NCBI GenBank assembly: GCA_041736565.1
Contig: JBGSTK010000147.1
Span: forward strand, 55,473 to 119,472
Direction of reading: 5' to 3'
DNA from: Phycisphaeraceae bacterium
GTDB taxonomy: Bacteria; Planctomycetota; Phycisphaerae; Phycisphaerales; Phycisphaeraceae
DNA: 64,000 nt
In this document: piece after piece, positions 16,073 to 24,853 of the stretch
Layout of the letters: each line of letters opens with the position of its first letter
How positions within the stretch are numbered: position 1 is the stretch's first letter
The notes under the pieces: model-generated
Seen by the model: the letters and a program-made list of their open reading frames with translations, nothing else
Databases searched by the model: none
Told to the model about the DNA's origin: nothing
Program-made: the position numbers and the translations under genes

Positions 16073-19000
16073 CTAGAAGGACCGGTCGGGCTTCTTCTGT
16101 TCGCTTGCCCCTTGGCCCGGGACTTCTCCGCCCAATTCCTGCAACGTGCGCAGGCGATACTCTTCGATGACTTCCGCTGAAAGCGTGCGCCACAGCAGGA
16201 ACTGCTTGCGCAGGTCGCTCACAAAGACGCGGTTGGCACGGTACCAGTCACCGCTGGCGCCGCTGTCACGATTGGTTTCGATGAAGACTTCGTCAACGCC
16301 GGGGATCTCGGATGGCCGGGCTGTGAGTGCAAATCCCTGAGTCACGCCAAGGTCAAACGGCGCCAAGGCCATGTGGGCATTGAGGCGGAGGTGCCCCGTG
16401 TCATCTTCACGCAGGATGCTGACATTCTGCGCAGCGAAGTGGCCGAGGCCAGCATCGTTGTGAGCGCGGAAGTGTTCAGCCAGGAAGCTCATCACGCCCG
16501 TGATGTCATAAGCACTGACGGTGAAGGGGAAGGTCATGGCCAGCTTGTCGCCTTCGGGCTTAGGCAGTCGCCATGTTCGCGCCAGGCCGGGGTTGGCACT
16601 CTTGGATGCGCGAAGGGCCGGGTAAATGGCGCTGATGAGCACCGTGGACATGACCAGGCCGATGGCAAAGAGCGAGTTGGTGGAGGAGTAGTTGATGTCG
16701 GGCGCCTGGATGACGTTCCACTTGGCCAGTTGTGCTGCAGCCAGCGCCACGGTTTGGGCCAGCAATTGCCCGCCCATGCCGCCGACCACCGCGTAAACCG
16801 CAGCCTCGGCGAAGAACAGGAACCCGACGTGCGCCGGGGCCAGGCCCAGAGCGCTGAAGGTGTAAATCTCTTTCTGGCGATCACTGATGGAGCCCAGCAG
16901 TGTGCCGAAAATGATCAGACCGCCGAGCACCACCGGCACGACAAGCGCTGTGCCGCCCGAGAAGTCCGTGAGGGTCGTGAAGATCATGCGTTGCACGCCC
17001 TGAGGCCCGCGCGCCCAGACGGGCACGTTGACGAGTTGGGCGATGCTCTGACCCATGACCATCGGGTCGCCCTGGGGCGGATAGACGTTTACAACATAGA
17101 GACCGCCACCGGCTTCCCGCACCAGTTCATTGGATGCGATGGCCAACTGGTCCGGCGAGAGATGGACGAAGTCACGCTCGATCTCGTCAGCCTCGACGCT
17201 GTCAGCCTGAATGTTGGCCTCGGTCAGATCAGACGCCGCCGCCAGTGGATTGACCGGCGCGATGGTGCGCCCGTCGAGTTGCTCAAGGCGTTGGAGGTTG
17301 TTGGCCTCGATCACGCCGGCGAACACAGCCTGCTTGCCGTTGATGAGAATCGGGTCGCCGACCTGAAGTTCGAGCTTGTCGCGGATAATCGCTGGGAGAT
17401 AAACCCCGCGATTGTCCAAGGCCTTGACCTTCACTTCGATGTCGTCGCCCGCCACCGCCAGCGCCAACTGGGGCCACTGGCGGAACTCCTGGCTTGACAC
17501 GCCCAGGATGCCTTCGATCCACAGCGCTCGAGGCGAGTCTGTTCGCGCCACGCTGAAGGGGTCCTCATCGGCAGCGGGGCGAATGAGCCACCACTGCGGC
17601 GCCATGTACCCGCCTGGCCCTGCCGTTTCACCCAGAAGCGTCAGGAGGTGAGGCGACAGCGCCTTGTAGTTAAGGTGCCTGACCATGACCGAACCGGCCA
17701 CGTCCTGGTTGACCGGGCCTTCATAGATGCTGCGAACGCCCACGCGATTGCTCACCGAGGCAAAGCACAGGATGGTGAAGGTGAGCATGACCACGGTCAC
17801 AGCCGTGAGGAAGGTTCGGGTAGGTCGGCGGCGCATGGTGCTCATGCCCATCGAAACCGCAGCCAGCAACGTGCCCATCCGCGAGACTTCCGCCTGATGC
17901 ACCGCGGTGCCCTGGCCCTGCATGGCGGCCAGCTCAACTTTGAACTTCCGCACGATGATGTAGATCACCAGACTCGAGAGCAGCAGAATGGTAAACGCCA
18001 GGAAAATGATGATCGGCGTCGAGGCGATGGCAAAGCCCGGGTGCATGAAAAACAGCAGGCCGAAGGTGATGAGAAACACGATGGCAAAGCCCGCGAGCCG
18101 CTGGTAAATCGTGGTGGCCGCTACCAGCAGACGCTCCATGGCAAAGGCAAAGGGGATGGCCAGAAGCAACAGCACGACGATGGCATACACCAGGTCGTCC
18201 ATGGATTGCCGCAGCGGGTTATAGACAGCGCGGGACAGCGCCTCGCTCTGCTTGAAGGCAGCTTGCCGACGCGTCACCCAGTTGTCACCCAGACTGCTGG
18301 TGTCGCCTGCGGATATGGCCGCGGCATGCTCAGCGTTGAGACGATCGGCCTGCTCCAGGCGTTGCTTGGCACGGCTGTGGAGCACCTCCAGATCGGTACT
18401 CGTCACGCCACGCTCGCGCAGTGCCTTAAGCCGCGATTCGTTGAGCTGCCAGAGGTCCGGGGCAGTGTAGCTGTCAAGCAGGGGCGGGAAGCGGATGAGC
18501 GTGTCGAGGATGCCCCGCCCGAAGGGATCATGCTCGACATCTTGAATATTGAGCAGCACCGGGCCCTTGTCCTGGAAGATCTTGATGCGTTCCGGGGGCA
18601 CCAGCGTCGAGGTGTAGAAGAAGGTGAAGTCGTTCTGTTGGCCGTAGAGACTTCGGGCTTCGGGATAGGCGGCATCCGCCGCAGCCGAGAGCACCTTGAG
18701 GGTCGCGGGCGTCGGAGTGTTGACCAGCGATGTGACGACGCTGTGGCCTCGGGCTGGGAAAAGATTGGCTCGCAGCGTTCCGGTGAAGCCGGCACCGATG
18801 GTAATGCCGTTGCTGATGGCGCTGACCTCACCGCGGTAGTCATCCATCAAGGCGCCCAGGAGCATGGTGGCGGAAAAGACGTCCTTGCGTACACCCACGA
18901 GCGGGAATCGCCCGTTGCCATCGACCACTTCCATCACGAAGGGGTCAAAATCTGCCAGGGTTCCGGGTCGCTCGAGGAACTGCCAGTTGTGGGTCTTGAT

Positions 19001-21079
19001 GTTCGTGGCCTTCGGAGCCACAGCCAGCAGCGCGCCGCTGGCGGGGCGATCTTCCGAAAGGCTGCCTGTGATCTGCAGCCCGATATAGTCGCCTGAAGCG
19101 CGCTCGCCGCTCCAACCGGGCCGTTTGGTGCCTGCCAGATTCGAAAAGACGGGGACCAGCGATGTCTCGGGCACATCAGCGGCGTTGGCGATCAGCACGC
19201 GTGCTTCGAGGCTCTGTGCCAGAATGTGACGCCACCGCAGGTTGGCCACCGTGTCAGCCGGATGACCATCGCGCGGGCGACCGTCGAATGCCGTCGCCAG
19301 GGTGACGTTGTGAATCTTGAAAGCACCGGCGACCGTGCCGCTGACGACGAACTTGCCGGGCACGTAGCGGCTGGCCAGCGTGGGATCGGCGAGCCTCTCC
19401 GGCACCAACCCGGTCAAGCCGTCGCTGCGGGCAGCCGCGGCACGGAAGGCCGTGAGCACCCGCGTGTAATAGCCCGGCGAATCGCCCTTGGTGTTCTTGT
19501 CACCGTAGGACCGCTCCGTCCACTCGCCTGCGATCACGCCCCAACCCGGCCCGCGATCCGACAGGTTGTAACTCACATGCAGAACCACCGCAGCCTTACC
19601 CAGACGCTTGCGCAACCCCAAGCCCTGTTGAGCGGAGCGCAGCAGGCCATCAAGTTCCCTGGCGCGATTTTCCAGTCGGGCGATGGCAGCACGCGACAAT
19701 TGGCTGAAGATCTCCTCGCTTACCTCCGTCACTTTGCGGTCATGCAGCGATCGCCGAGCGTTGTCCCAGGCCCTGATCTTGACCATCAATTCCGCCTTGA
19801 GCTCTCCAAGTCGCTTGGCCTCGTCGCCGACGTTATCGAGGTCCCGAGCCGTCAAGCGTGCTTCAACTGCCGCCTGGTTGATGTCGGAGCGAATGAACTC
19901 CGCCTGGCGCTCCAGAAGATCAAGCAACTTGGTGCGGGTGGCGATGCTCGCATCCTCAGGCATCGGCGGCATACGCTTGAGGAGATCGAGCATCTCCGTG
20001 ACGAAGGCCGACTCGGTCTGATATCCCGTCTGACGCGACTCGATATCCGCGACCGATGCGTTAATCACGTCATAGAGGTAGCGGGCGCCCTGGTGGTAAC
20101 GAGCCTGGTTATCCACGAAGGTGATGAGAACATCGCGGCGGGGACGATTAGTCTGGATGTATTTAGCTGTCTGAAGCAGTGCCGCGATGTTGGCTGCGCC
20201 CCTGGCACCGGCCACACCGTGGGGCACGGTCCCGAAGCTATCGTAGTTGACGGCCAGTACCACCACTTCCGGCAGGCCTTTGGTATCCCCCTTTGGAAAC
20301 ACCGGGTCCGATCCGGGCAGGTACGCCAGGATATTCCGCCCCACAGCCTGGCGCCATGCGACGGCTGAGGTGACCGTGGCGTTGACGTTGCCGGGCTTGC
20401 GGAAGTCGAACGCTTTCTGTGCCTCAGGTGAAGCGTAGAGGCGCACCAGGTTCATCGGCACCGTGGCGTGCTTGGGCTGCATCGGCGTGGCGTCGCTACC
20501 CAGGAAGATCACGGCCTTGGCACCCAGGGCAAACGCCTGCTGCCAGGCTTCACCGCTGTCATATTCAAGCACGACGATCGCATCGCGAGTATCGCGTTGG
20601 GCGTATTCCTCCAGCGTACCTCGACCGACATAAACCAGCGGGCCTGTCAGACCACCCTTGGGCGTCGAGGGGGTGATGATGATATTGGGGCGCATCGGCA
20701 GCAAGCTGATCTTCTGACCGCCCACCTCGATGTGGCTCTCGTTGATGACCGTCTGGACCACGGGAATTTCCAGCGACATCACCGATTCGATGCCCATGTC
20801 AAAGAGGCGCTTTTCGATGTAGGCGGCTGCAGCCTGATTCTCGGGCGTGCCCGACAATCGGTGAGCACCGGCGGTCAGGGCCTTGAGGTCATCCTCAAAC
20901 TGTCTGGCGGCGGCGGCATCGATCGCAGCGGCCGCATCGGCGGAACCGGCGCCAGCCGTCTGCCCCTGCAACGCGGCGGGAACGAACATCAGCATCACCA
21001 CCGCCAAAACCGTCGCCAGCAGCGGCCAGGCCCAGCAGCGGGAAGACACAGGCAATATTTGGGATCGCAGCGGGATCAT
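16073..21079 (-). CDS. Giant (1669-aa) FtsX-family ABC permease fused to an N-terminal extracytoplasmic M28-peptidase/PA-like domain
   Basis: The ATG at 21079 overlaps the upstream ATPase stop (ATGA). N-terminal signal/TM segment. PA-like segment GPLVYVGRGTLEEYAQRDTRDAIVVLEYDSGEAWQQAFALGAKAVIF. M28-like segment GRNILAYLPG...VVVLAVNYDS...GARGAANIAALLQTAKYI. Two FtsX modules (MRRRPTRTFLTAVTVVMLTFTILCF...; ...IYTFSALGLAPAHVGFLFFAEAAVYAVVGGMGG...YPALRASKSANP), followed by a C-terminal domain of about 250 aa. Confidence 0.8.
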   Translation of the reverse strand: MIPLRSQILPVSSRCWAWPLLATVLAVVMLMFVPAALQGQTAGAGSADAAAAIDAAAARQFEDDLKALTAGAHRLSGTPENQAAAAYIEKRLFDMGIESVMSLEIPVVQTVINESHIEVGGQKISLLPMRPNIIITPSTPKGGLTGPLVYVGRGTLEEYAQRDTRDAIVVLEYDSGEAWQQAFALGAKAVIFLGSDATPMQPKHATVPMNLVRLYASPEAQKAFDFRKPGNVNATVTSAVAWRQAVGRNILAYLPGSDPVFPKGDTKGLPEVVVLAVNYDSFGTVPHGVAGARGAANIAALLQTAKYIQTNRPRRDVLITFVDNQARYHQGARYLYDVINASVADIESRQTGYQTESAFVTEMLDLLKRMPPMPEDASIATRTKLLDLLERQAEFIRSDINQAAVEARLTARDLDNVGDEAKRLGELKAELMVKIRAWDNARRSLHDRKVTEVSEEIFSQLSRAAIARLENRARELDGLLRSAQQGLGLRKRLGKAAVVLHVSYNLSDRGPGWGVIAGEWTERSYGDKNTKGDSPGYYTRVLTAFRAAAARSDGLTGLVPERLADPTLASRYVPGKFVVSGTVAGAFKIHNVTLATAFDGRPRDGHPADTVANLRWRHILAQSLEARVLIANAADVPETSLVPVFSNLAGTKRPGWSGERASGDYIGLQITGSLSEDRPASGALLAVAPKATNIKTHNWQFLERPGTLADFDPFVMEVVDGNGRFPLVGVRKDVFSATMLLGALMDDYRGEVSAISNGITIGAGFTGTLRANLFPARGHSVVTSLVNTPTPATLKVLSAAADAAYPEARSLYGQQNDFTFFYTSTLVPPERIKIFQDKGPVLLNIQDVEHDPFGRGILDTLIRFPPLLDSYTAPDLWQLNESRLKALRERGVTSTDLEVLHSRAKQRLEQADRLNAEHAAAISAGDTSSLGDNWVTRRQAAFKQSEALSRAVYNPLRQSMDDLVYAIVVLLLLAIPFAFAMERLLVAATTIYQRLAGFAIVFLITFGLLFFMHPGFAIASTPIIIFLAFTILLLSSLVIYIIVRKFKVELAAMQGQGTAVHQAEVSRMGTLLAAVSMGMSTMRRRPTRTFLTAVTVVMLTFTILCFASVSNRVGVRSIYEGPVNQDVAGSVMVRHLNYKALSPHLLTLLGETAGPGGYMAPQWWLIRPAADEDPFSVARTDSPRALWIEGILGVSSQEFRQWPQLALAVAGDDIEVKVKALDNRGVYLPAIIRDKLELQVGDPILINGKQAVFAGVIEANNLQRLEQLDGRTIAPVNPLAAASDLTEANIQADSVEADEIERDFVHLSPDQLAIASNELVREAGGGLYVVNVYPPQGDPMVMGQSIAQLVNVPVWARGPQGVQRMIFTTLTDFSGGTALVVPVVLGGLIIFGTLLGSISDRQKEIYTFSALGLAPAHVGFLFFAEAAVYAVVGGMGGQLLAQTVALAAAQLAKWNVIQAPDINYSSTNSLFAIGLVMSTVLISAIYPALRASKSANPGLARTWRLPKPEGDKLAMTFPFTVSAYDITGVMSFLAEHFRAHNDAGLGHFAAQNVSILREDDTGHLRLNAHMALAPFDLGVTQGFALTARPSEIPGVDEVFIETNRDSGASGDWYRANRVFVSDLRKQFLLWRTLSAEVIEEYRLRTLQELGGEVPGQGASEQKKPDRSF

Positions 21080-21873
21080 TCTTCCATGCCTCCGATGCGG
21101 CCGACCTTGACAGTGACGTTGGCGCGTTCCTCGAGACGCTCGACACGACCATCGCGAATCCACATGATGCGGTCGCAGATGTTGAGCAGACGGTGGTCGT
21201 GCGTGGAGCAGACGATCGTCACGCCCCGTTCCTTGTTGATGCGTTGAAGGATATTCAAGATTTCCTGGCCGGTTTTGAGGTCGAGGTTGGCGGTGGGTTC
21301 GTCACAAAGCAGGATGCGAGGCAGGTTGCACAGCGAGCGGGCGATCGCCACACGCTGCTGCTGGCCGCCTGACATTTCGATGGGTCGGTGGCTCCAACGG
21401 TCGTCGAGCGCGACCAGCTTCAGCAGTTCCATGCCGCGCTTTCGCGCCGCCTCCGGAGGCACCCCGGCAAACGCCATGGGAACGGTCACGTTCTCCAAGG
21501 CCGTCATGTAGCGAATGAGGTTGTAGCTCTGGAAGATGTAGCCGATTTTGCGGCAGCGAAGGAATGCCAGTTCCACTGCCGAAAGCTGTGCCACGTCCAC
21601 TTCGTCAATGAGGATGCGTCCCTTGGTGGGCGAGTCCAACGCACCGATCATGTTGAAGAAGGTGGACTTGCCGCTGCCCGACGGGCCCAGCACGCTAATG
21701 AACTCGCCACGGTAGATCGACGCATCGACGCCGCGAATCGCGTAGGTCGTGGTCTCCCCCATGCCGTAGCTCTTTTCGAGGTTGATCGTGCGAATGATGA
21801 CCGCCTTGTCGGGCGGTGCATCATTCAAAGGCTTCGAGGTTGTGGTGGCGGTTTGGGTCACTTCACTTCTCAA
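21076..21873 (-). CDS. ABC transporter ATP-binding protein (MacB/LolD-like)
   Basis: GPSGSGKSTFFN, MSGGQQQRVAIARSL and ILLCDEPTANLD. TTG or GTG start, exact start uncertain. Confidence 0.9.
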   Translation of the reverse strand: MRSEVTQTATTTSKPLNDAPPDKAVIIRTINLEKSYGMGETTTYAIRGVDASIYRGEFISVLGPSGSGKSTFFNMIGALDSPTKGRILIDEVDVAQLSAVELAFLRCRKIGYIFQSYNLIRYMTALENVTVPMAFAGVPPEAARKRGMELLKLVALDDRWSHRPIEMSGGQQQRVAIARSLCNLPRILLCDEPTANLDLKTGQEILNILQRINKERGVTIVCSTHDHRLLNICDRIMWIRDGRVERLEERANVTVKVGRIGGMEE

Positions 21874-21965
21874 TCTGCATGGGCTGCGGTTTCCGGTTCA
21901 AACTGCCTGCTCTTCTCAACTTCTTCTCAACGTCGCGTGCAACAACGGTCGTTGGCTTTTGGGGA

Positions 21966-23435
21966 CTACTCGACGCGCATGGCTTCCATGGGCGCCAGTC
22001 GTGAGGCGACCCACGCCGGCCAGACCGCGGCGATGACCGCCAGGATGATGCCAGCAATGAGCGAGATCACCCCGCCGATCACCAGTTGACCCAGGACGTC
22101 ACCGGCTCCGAAGATCAATCCGCCGTACTCCACGAGACCGCGCAGCACCGCCAGGACCAATCCCAGCACGACGCCCACGATCCCGCCGAAGAGACCTTGG
22201 AGCATGGCTTCAAAGACGAACATCAACATGACGAAGCCGTCCATGGCACCCAGGCACTTCATGGTGGCGATTTCACTGAAACGCTCGGTGACGCTCATGA
22301 GCATGGCATTGGCCACGCCCACGGCACAGACCAGAAACGAAAGGCCGATGAGATACATAGTGGAGGTGGTGAGGCCCAGGAAGCCCGGGTCTTCACTCGG
22401 CACGGTGCCGCCCAAAGCATTCTGGAGCCGTTGATCCCTGCGGAAATGCCCAGCGACTTCCACCATCCGCTGAGGTTCGAGCGGATTGCCGCCAGCCTTG
22501 CGAATCGTCTCCGCCAGCCAGGCCGCATCGCTCTCGTCGCCGATCCAGTAAAGCACCGCAGCAGTGTTGACCAGCGCCACGGGCGAACCGAGTTTGCGTG
22601 CCACGAGGTTCTTGATTTCCCGGGGATCGATGTCCCGGCCCAGACGCTCGATGTCACGTTGCACGGCTGCGAGTGACGCCAGCGCGGGCAACTCGCCGGG
22701 CTCGACGACGAACCCGCTGTCACGGAGGGTCGCCTCCAACGTCGCTGGTGGCTCGGACATCAGCAGCAGCGGCGGCACGTTGCCGACGTCCTGGCGAACT
22801 TTCACGATGGCTTGACGGTGCCCCTGCTGAACGCGGCGGATCACATCCATGAGCCGGGGAACCTGGACTTGGACCAATTGCTCAAACGCCGCCTGATCGC
22901 CATCGAGCACATGCAGTTTGAGTTGACCCAGGCGATCGTTGAAAAGCTGGAACTCGCGCGGGGCGTTCAACGACGCAGCCACCGCCAACGTGTCCTGCCC
23001 GCCCGTAAGCACCGCACGAGAGGCGGGGATGAGCGTGTCAAAGTAAGCGCCCAGTTCGGCGACGGCTTTGGCGTCCTGTCGCGATTGAGCCAGCGCGGCG
23101 TCGTCGAGATTGGCCCAGCGTTGATACTCCGCGTGCTGTCGGGGCATGTCGCGGTGCAGATTTCGCATGACCACGGAATCAGTATCCGCGGCGGTGAGTC
23201 GGCCGACCCATTGACCAAGGGCACGACTCGGCGCCAGTTCGTCGTAGGCTTGCTGCGTGACGTGCGACGCCAGGAGGCTGTGCGCCAGCACCTGCACCAT
23301 GAAGGCCACGGCCAGCGCCAGGATCGAGACGGTCACCGCTGAGCGGAACATGCGATAGCCCATACCCGCCATGGCCAACTGCAAGCAGCGCCGGGCTCCG
23401 AGTTTGACCTGATCCTGAACAATGATGGGCTTCAC
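21966..23435 (-). CDS. FtsX-family ABC transporter permease with a large (about 300-aa) extracytoplasmic domain
   Basis: N-terminal TM1 (FRSAVTVSILALAVAFMV). C-terminal FtsX domain SVTERFSEIATMKCLGAMDGFVMLMFVFEAMLQGLFGG...WVASRLAPMEAMR. GTG start preceded by aaggaaaa. Confidence 0.85.
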   Translation of the reverse strand: MKPIIVQDQVKLGARRCLQLAMAGMGYRMFRSAVTVSILALAVAFMVQVLAHSLLASHVTQQAYDELAPSRALGQWVGRLTAADTDSVVMRNLHRDMPRQHAEYQRWANLDDAALAQSRQDAKAVAELGAYFDTLIPASRAVLTGGQDTLAVAASLNAPREFQLFNDRLGQLKLHVLDGDQAAFEQLVQVQVPRLMDVIRRVQQGHRQAIVKVRQDVGNVPPLLLMSEPPATLEATLRDSGFVVEPGELPALASLAAVQRDIERLGRDIDPREIKNLVARKLGSPVALVNTAAVLYWIGDESDAAWLAETIRKAGGNPLEPQRMVEVAGHFRRDQRLQNALGGTVPSEDPGFLGLTTSTMYLIGLSFLVCAVGVANAMLMSVTERFSEIATMKCLGAMDGFVMLMFVFEAMLQGLFGGIVGVVLGLVLAVLRGLVEYGGLIFGAGDVLGQLVIGGVISLIAGIILAVIAAVWPAWVASRLAPMEAMRVE

Positions 23436-23503
23436 GCGGTGATTTTCCTTGGACTACGAATGACGTTAAGGGCCAGCCGGGGACTCCGCTTTCGATGTCG
23501 GGG

Positions 23504-23953
23504 CTACGAACCGGCAGCTGCCTCCAGTCGAGCACGCTCCAGTTTCCGTCGCCGACGGCGCGATGGCCCGCCACGACGAGGCGGCGCCTCCGCCGGTCCG
23601 ACGATGACGATCAACCCCCGCTGCGTCAAGTCGCGGAGGAACTGCGTCACGCTCATCCTCGCTTCATGAAATCGCACATGGTGGGCCGCGGCAAAACGCT
23701 CAACGATGCCTTCCACATTGGTCTGCCCGTCACAGAGCTCCCACACAGCCTCACCCAAGGCATCAAACTCCACGCCACGCTCCGACCGAACAGGCAGGAA
23801 GAACGAGAACGGCCGCCGGTGGAACAAGCCCTTCCGCAGTGCCACGTATGCCACCAGCTTCCCGCCCTTTCGCACGACCCGCGCCGCCTCGTTGCGCAAC
23901 GGCACTGCATCGAGGATTTCACCGGGGCCGAGGTTGGAGGGCGTAACGGTCAT
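23504..23953 (-). CDS. PqqD-family (RiPP-recognition-element-like) protein with an Arg-rich C-terminal tail
   Basis: EFDALGEAVWELCDGQTNVEGIVERFAAAHHVRFHEARMSVTQFLRDLTQRGLIVI fits the PqqD pattern (LN..g..iW.l.dG..t..ei...l...y.v....a..dv..fl..L...gli). Confidence 0.55.
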   Translation of the reverse strand: MTVTPSNLGPGEILDAVPLRNEAARVVRKGGKLVAYVALRKGLFHRRPFSFFLPVRSERGVEFDALGEAVWELCDGQTNVEGIVERFAAAHHVRFHEARMSVTQFLRDLTQRGLIVIVGPAEAPPRRGGPSRRRRRKLERARLEAAAGS

Positions 23954-23977
23954 GGTTTTATCTGGCGGTATCCTCTT

Positions 23978-24832
23978 CTATCCACAGCGCACGGCGAATT
24001 CCGTGGGCTCCACGGGGTCCTTGGCGTGCGACAACGTCGTGATCTGATAAACGGCGTGATCCACGGGGCAGTGCCAAACCAGGTCGCGTCGTTGCCGGGC
24101 ACGGCCGATGATTTTGGTGAAGCGAGTTGTCGGTTCCAGGCTCTGACCCAAGCAAGCCTGGTGGCCCCGGTGGCGAAGCATTTCGACCCGATCAGGGGCT
24201 GCGGAAAGGTCCTTTTCCAGCCACGCGTCGGGCTGACCATCATACCACATGTCCGTCGCGCCCAGACGGCGGCAAACCGCCTGCCGTCGCTCATTTTCAA
24301 AGGTAAATCGCGCTTGCCCGGGCTGAATCTTGGCACGCTGCAGCGTCCACCCGCTCGGTGCCACCACATCCAAACCAAACGCACGCCAGGGCGTTGGCGA
24401 ATCCTCTTTAAGGTCCAGCACCTCGAAGCCCGTCAGCACCAAGTCCTCGACCTCCTGCTCTACCCCCAGCGGCCAAGGCAGCACCAGTTCGATGAGCCGC
24501 TTCAGGCTCGGCTCGTAGCGCAAGGCGCGGGTGATGCTGTTCTCATCGCGCGTCCGCCGCAGCGAGCGCCAGCCGTTGACTCGATCCAATTCCGTCACCC
24601 GGGCGTTGGGGCGTTCCTGGGCATCGCGACTCTTGTAGTCGGCGATCATCTGTCCGAGGTCCGCGGCACGTTGCAGCGTTCGCCAAGTCAGTTGCAGACG
24701 CTGGCGGCGACGGTCGATCATCACCAGCGAGCCGGTTTTCGGAGAGACGGCATGGCGCACGATGTCCCACTCGGCGGGCGTTGTCAGCCGCATGCCAAGC
24801 CAGACAATTTCTTGTGTCAGCGCCTCTGCCAT
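23978..24832 (-). CDS. Hypothetical protein (284 aa), probably cytoplasmic
   Basis: Tightly packed between neighbouring genes (gaps of 21-24 nt). Protein-like composition. No family recognised. Confidence 0.65.
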   Translation of the reverse strand: MAEALTQEIVWLGMRLTTPAEWDIVRHAVSPKTGSLVMIDRRRQRLQLTWRTLQRAADLGQMIADYKSRDAQERPNARVTELDRVNGWRSLRRTRDENSITRALRYEPSLKRLIELVLPWPLGVEQEVEDLVLTGFEVLDLKEDSPTPWRAFGLDVVAPSGWTLQRAKIQPGQARFTFENERRQAVCRRLGATDMWYDGQPDAWLEKDLSAAPDRVEMLRHRGHQACLGQSLEPTTRFTKIIGRARQRRDLVWHCPVDHAVYQITTLSHAKDPVEPTEFAVRCG

Positions 24833-24853
24833 ACCGTCAAACGTCCTTACGAA

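Noticed and set aside
16373-20368. Long plus-strand ORFs (16373-17497, 17648-19096, 19226-20368) inside the giant FtsX gene
   Set aside because: They are antisense shadows. Their Arg/His/Gly/Asp-rich translations show no motifs, whereas the minus-strand frame carries clear FtsX and M28/PA signatures across the whole span.
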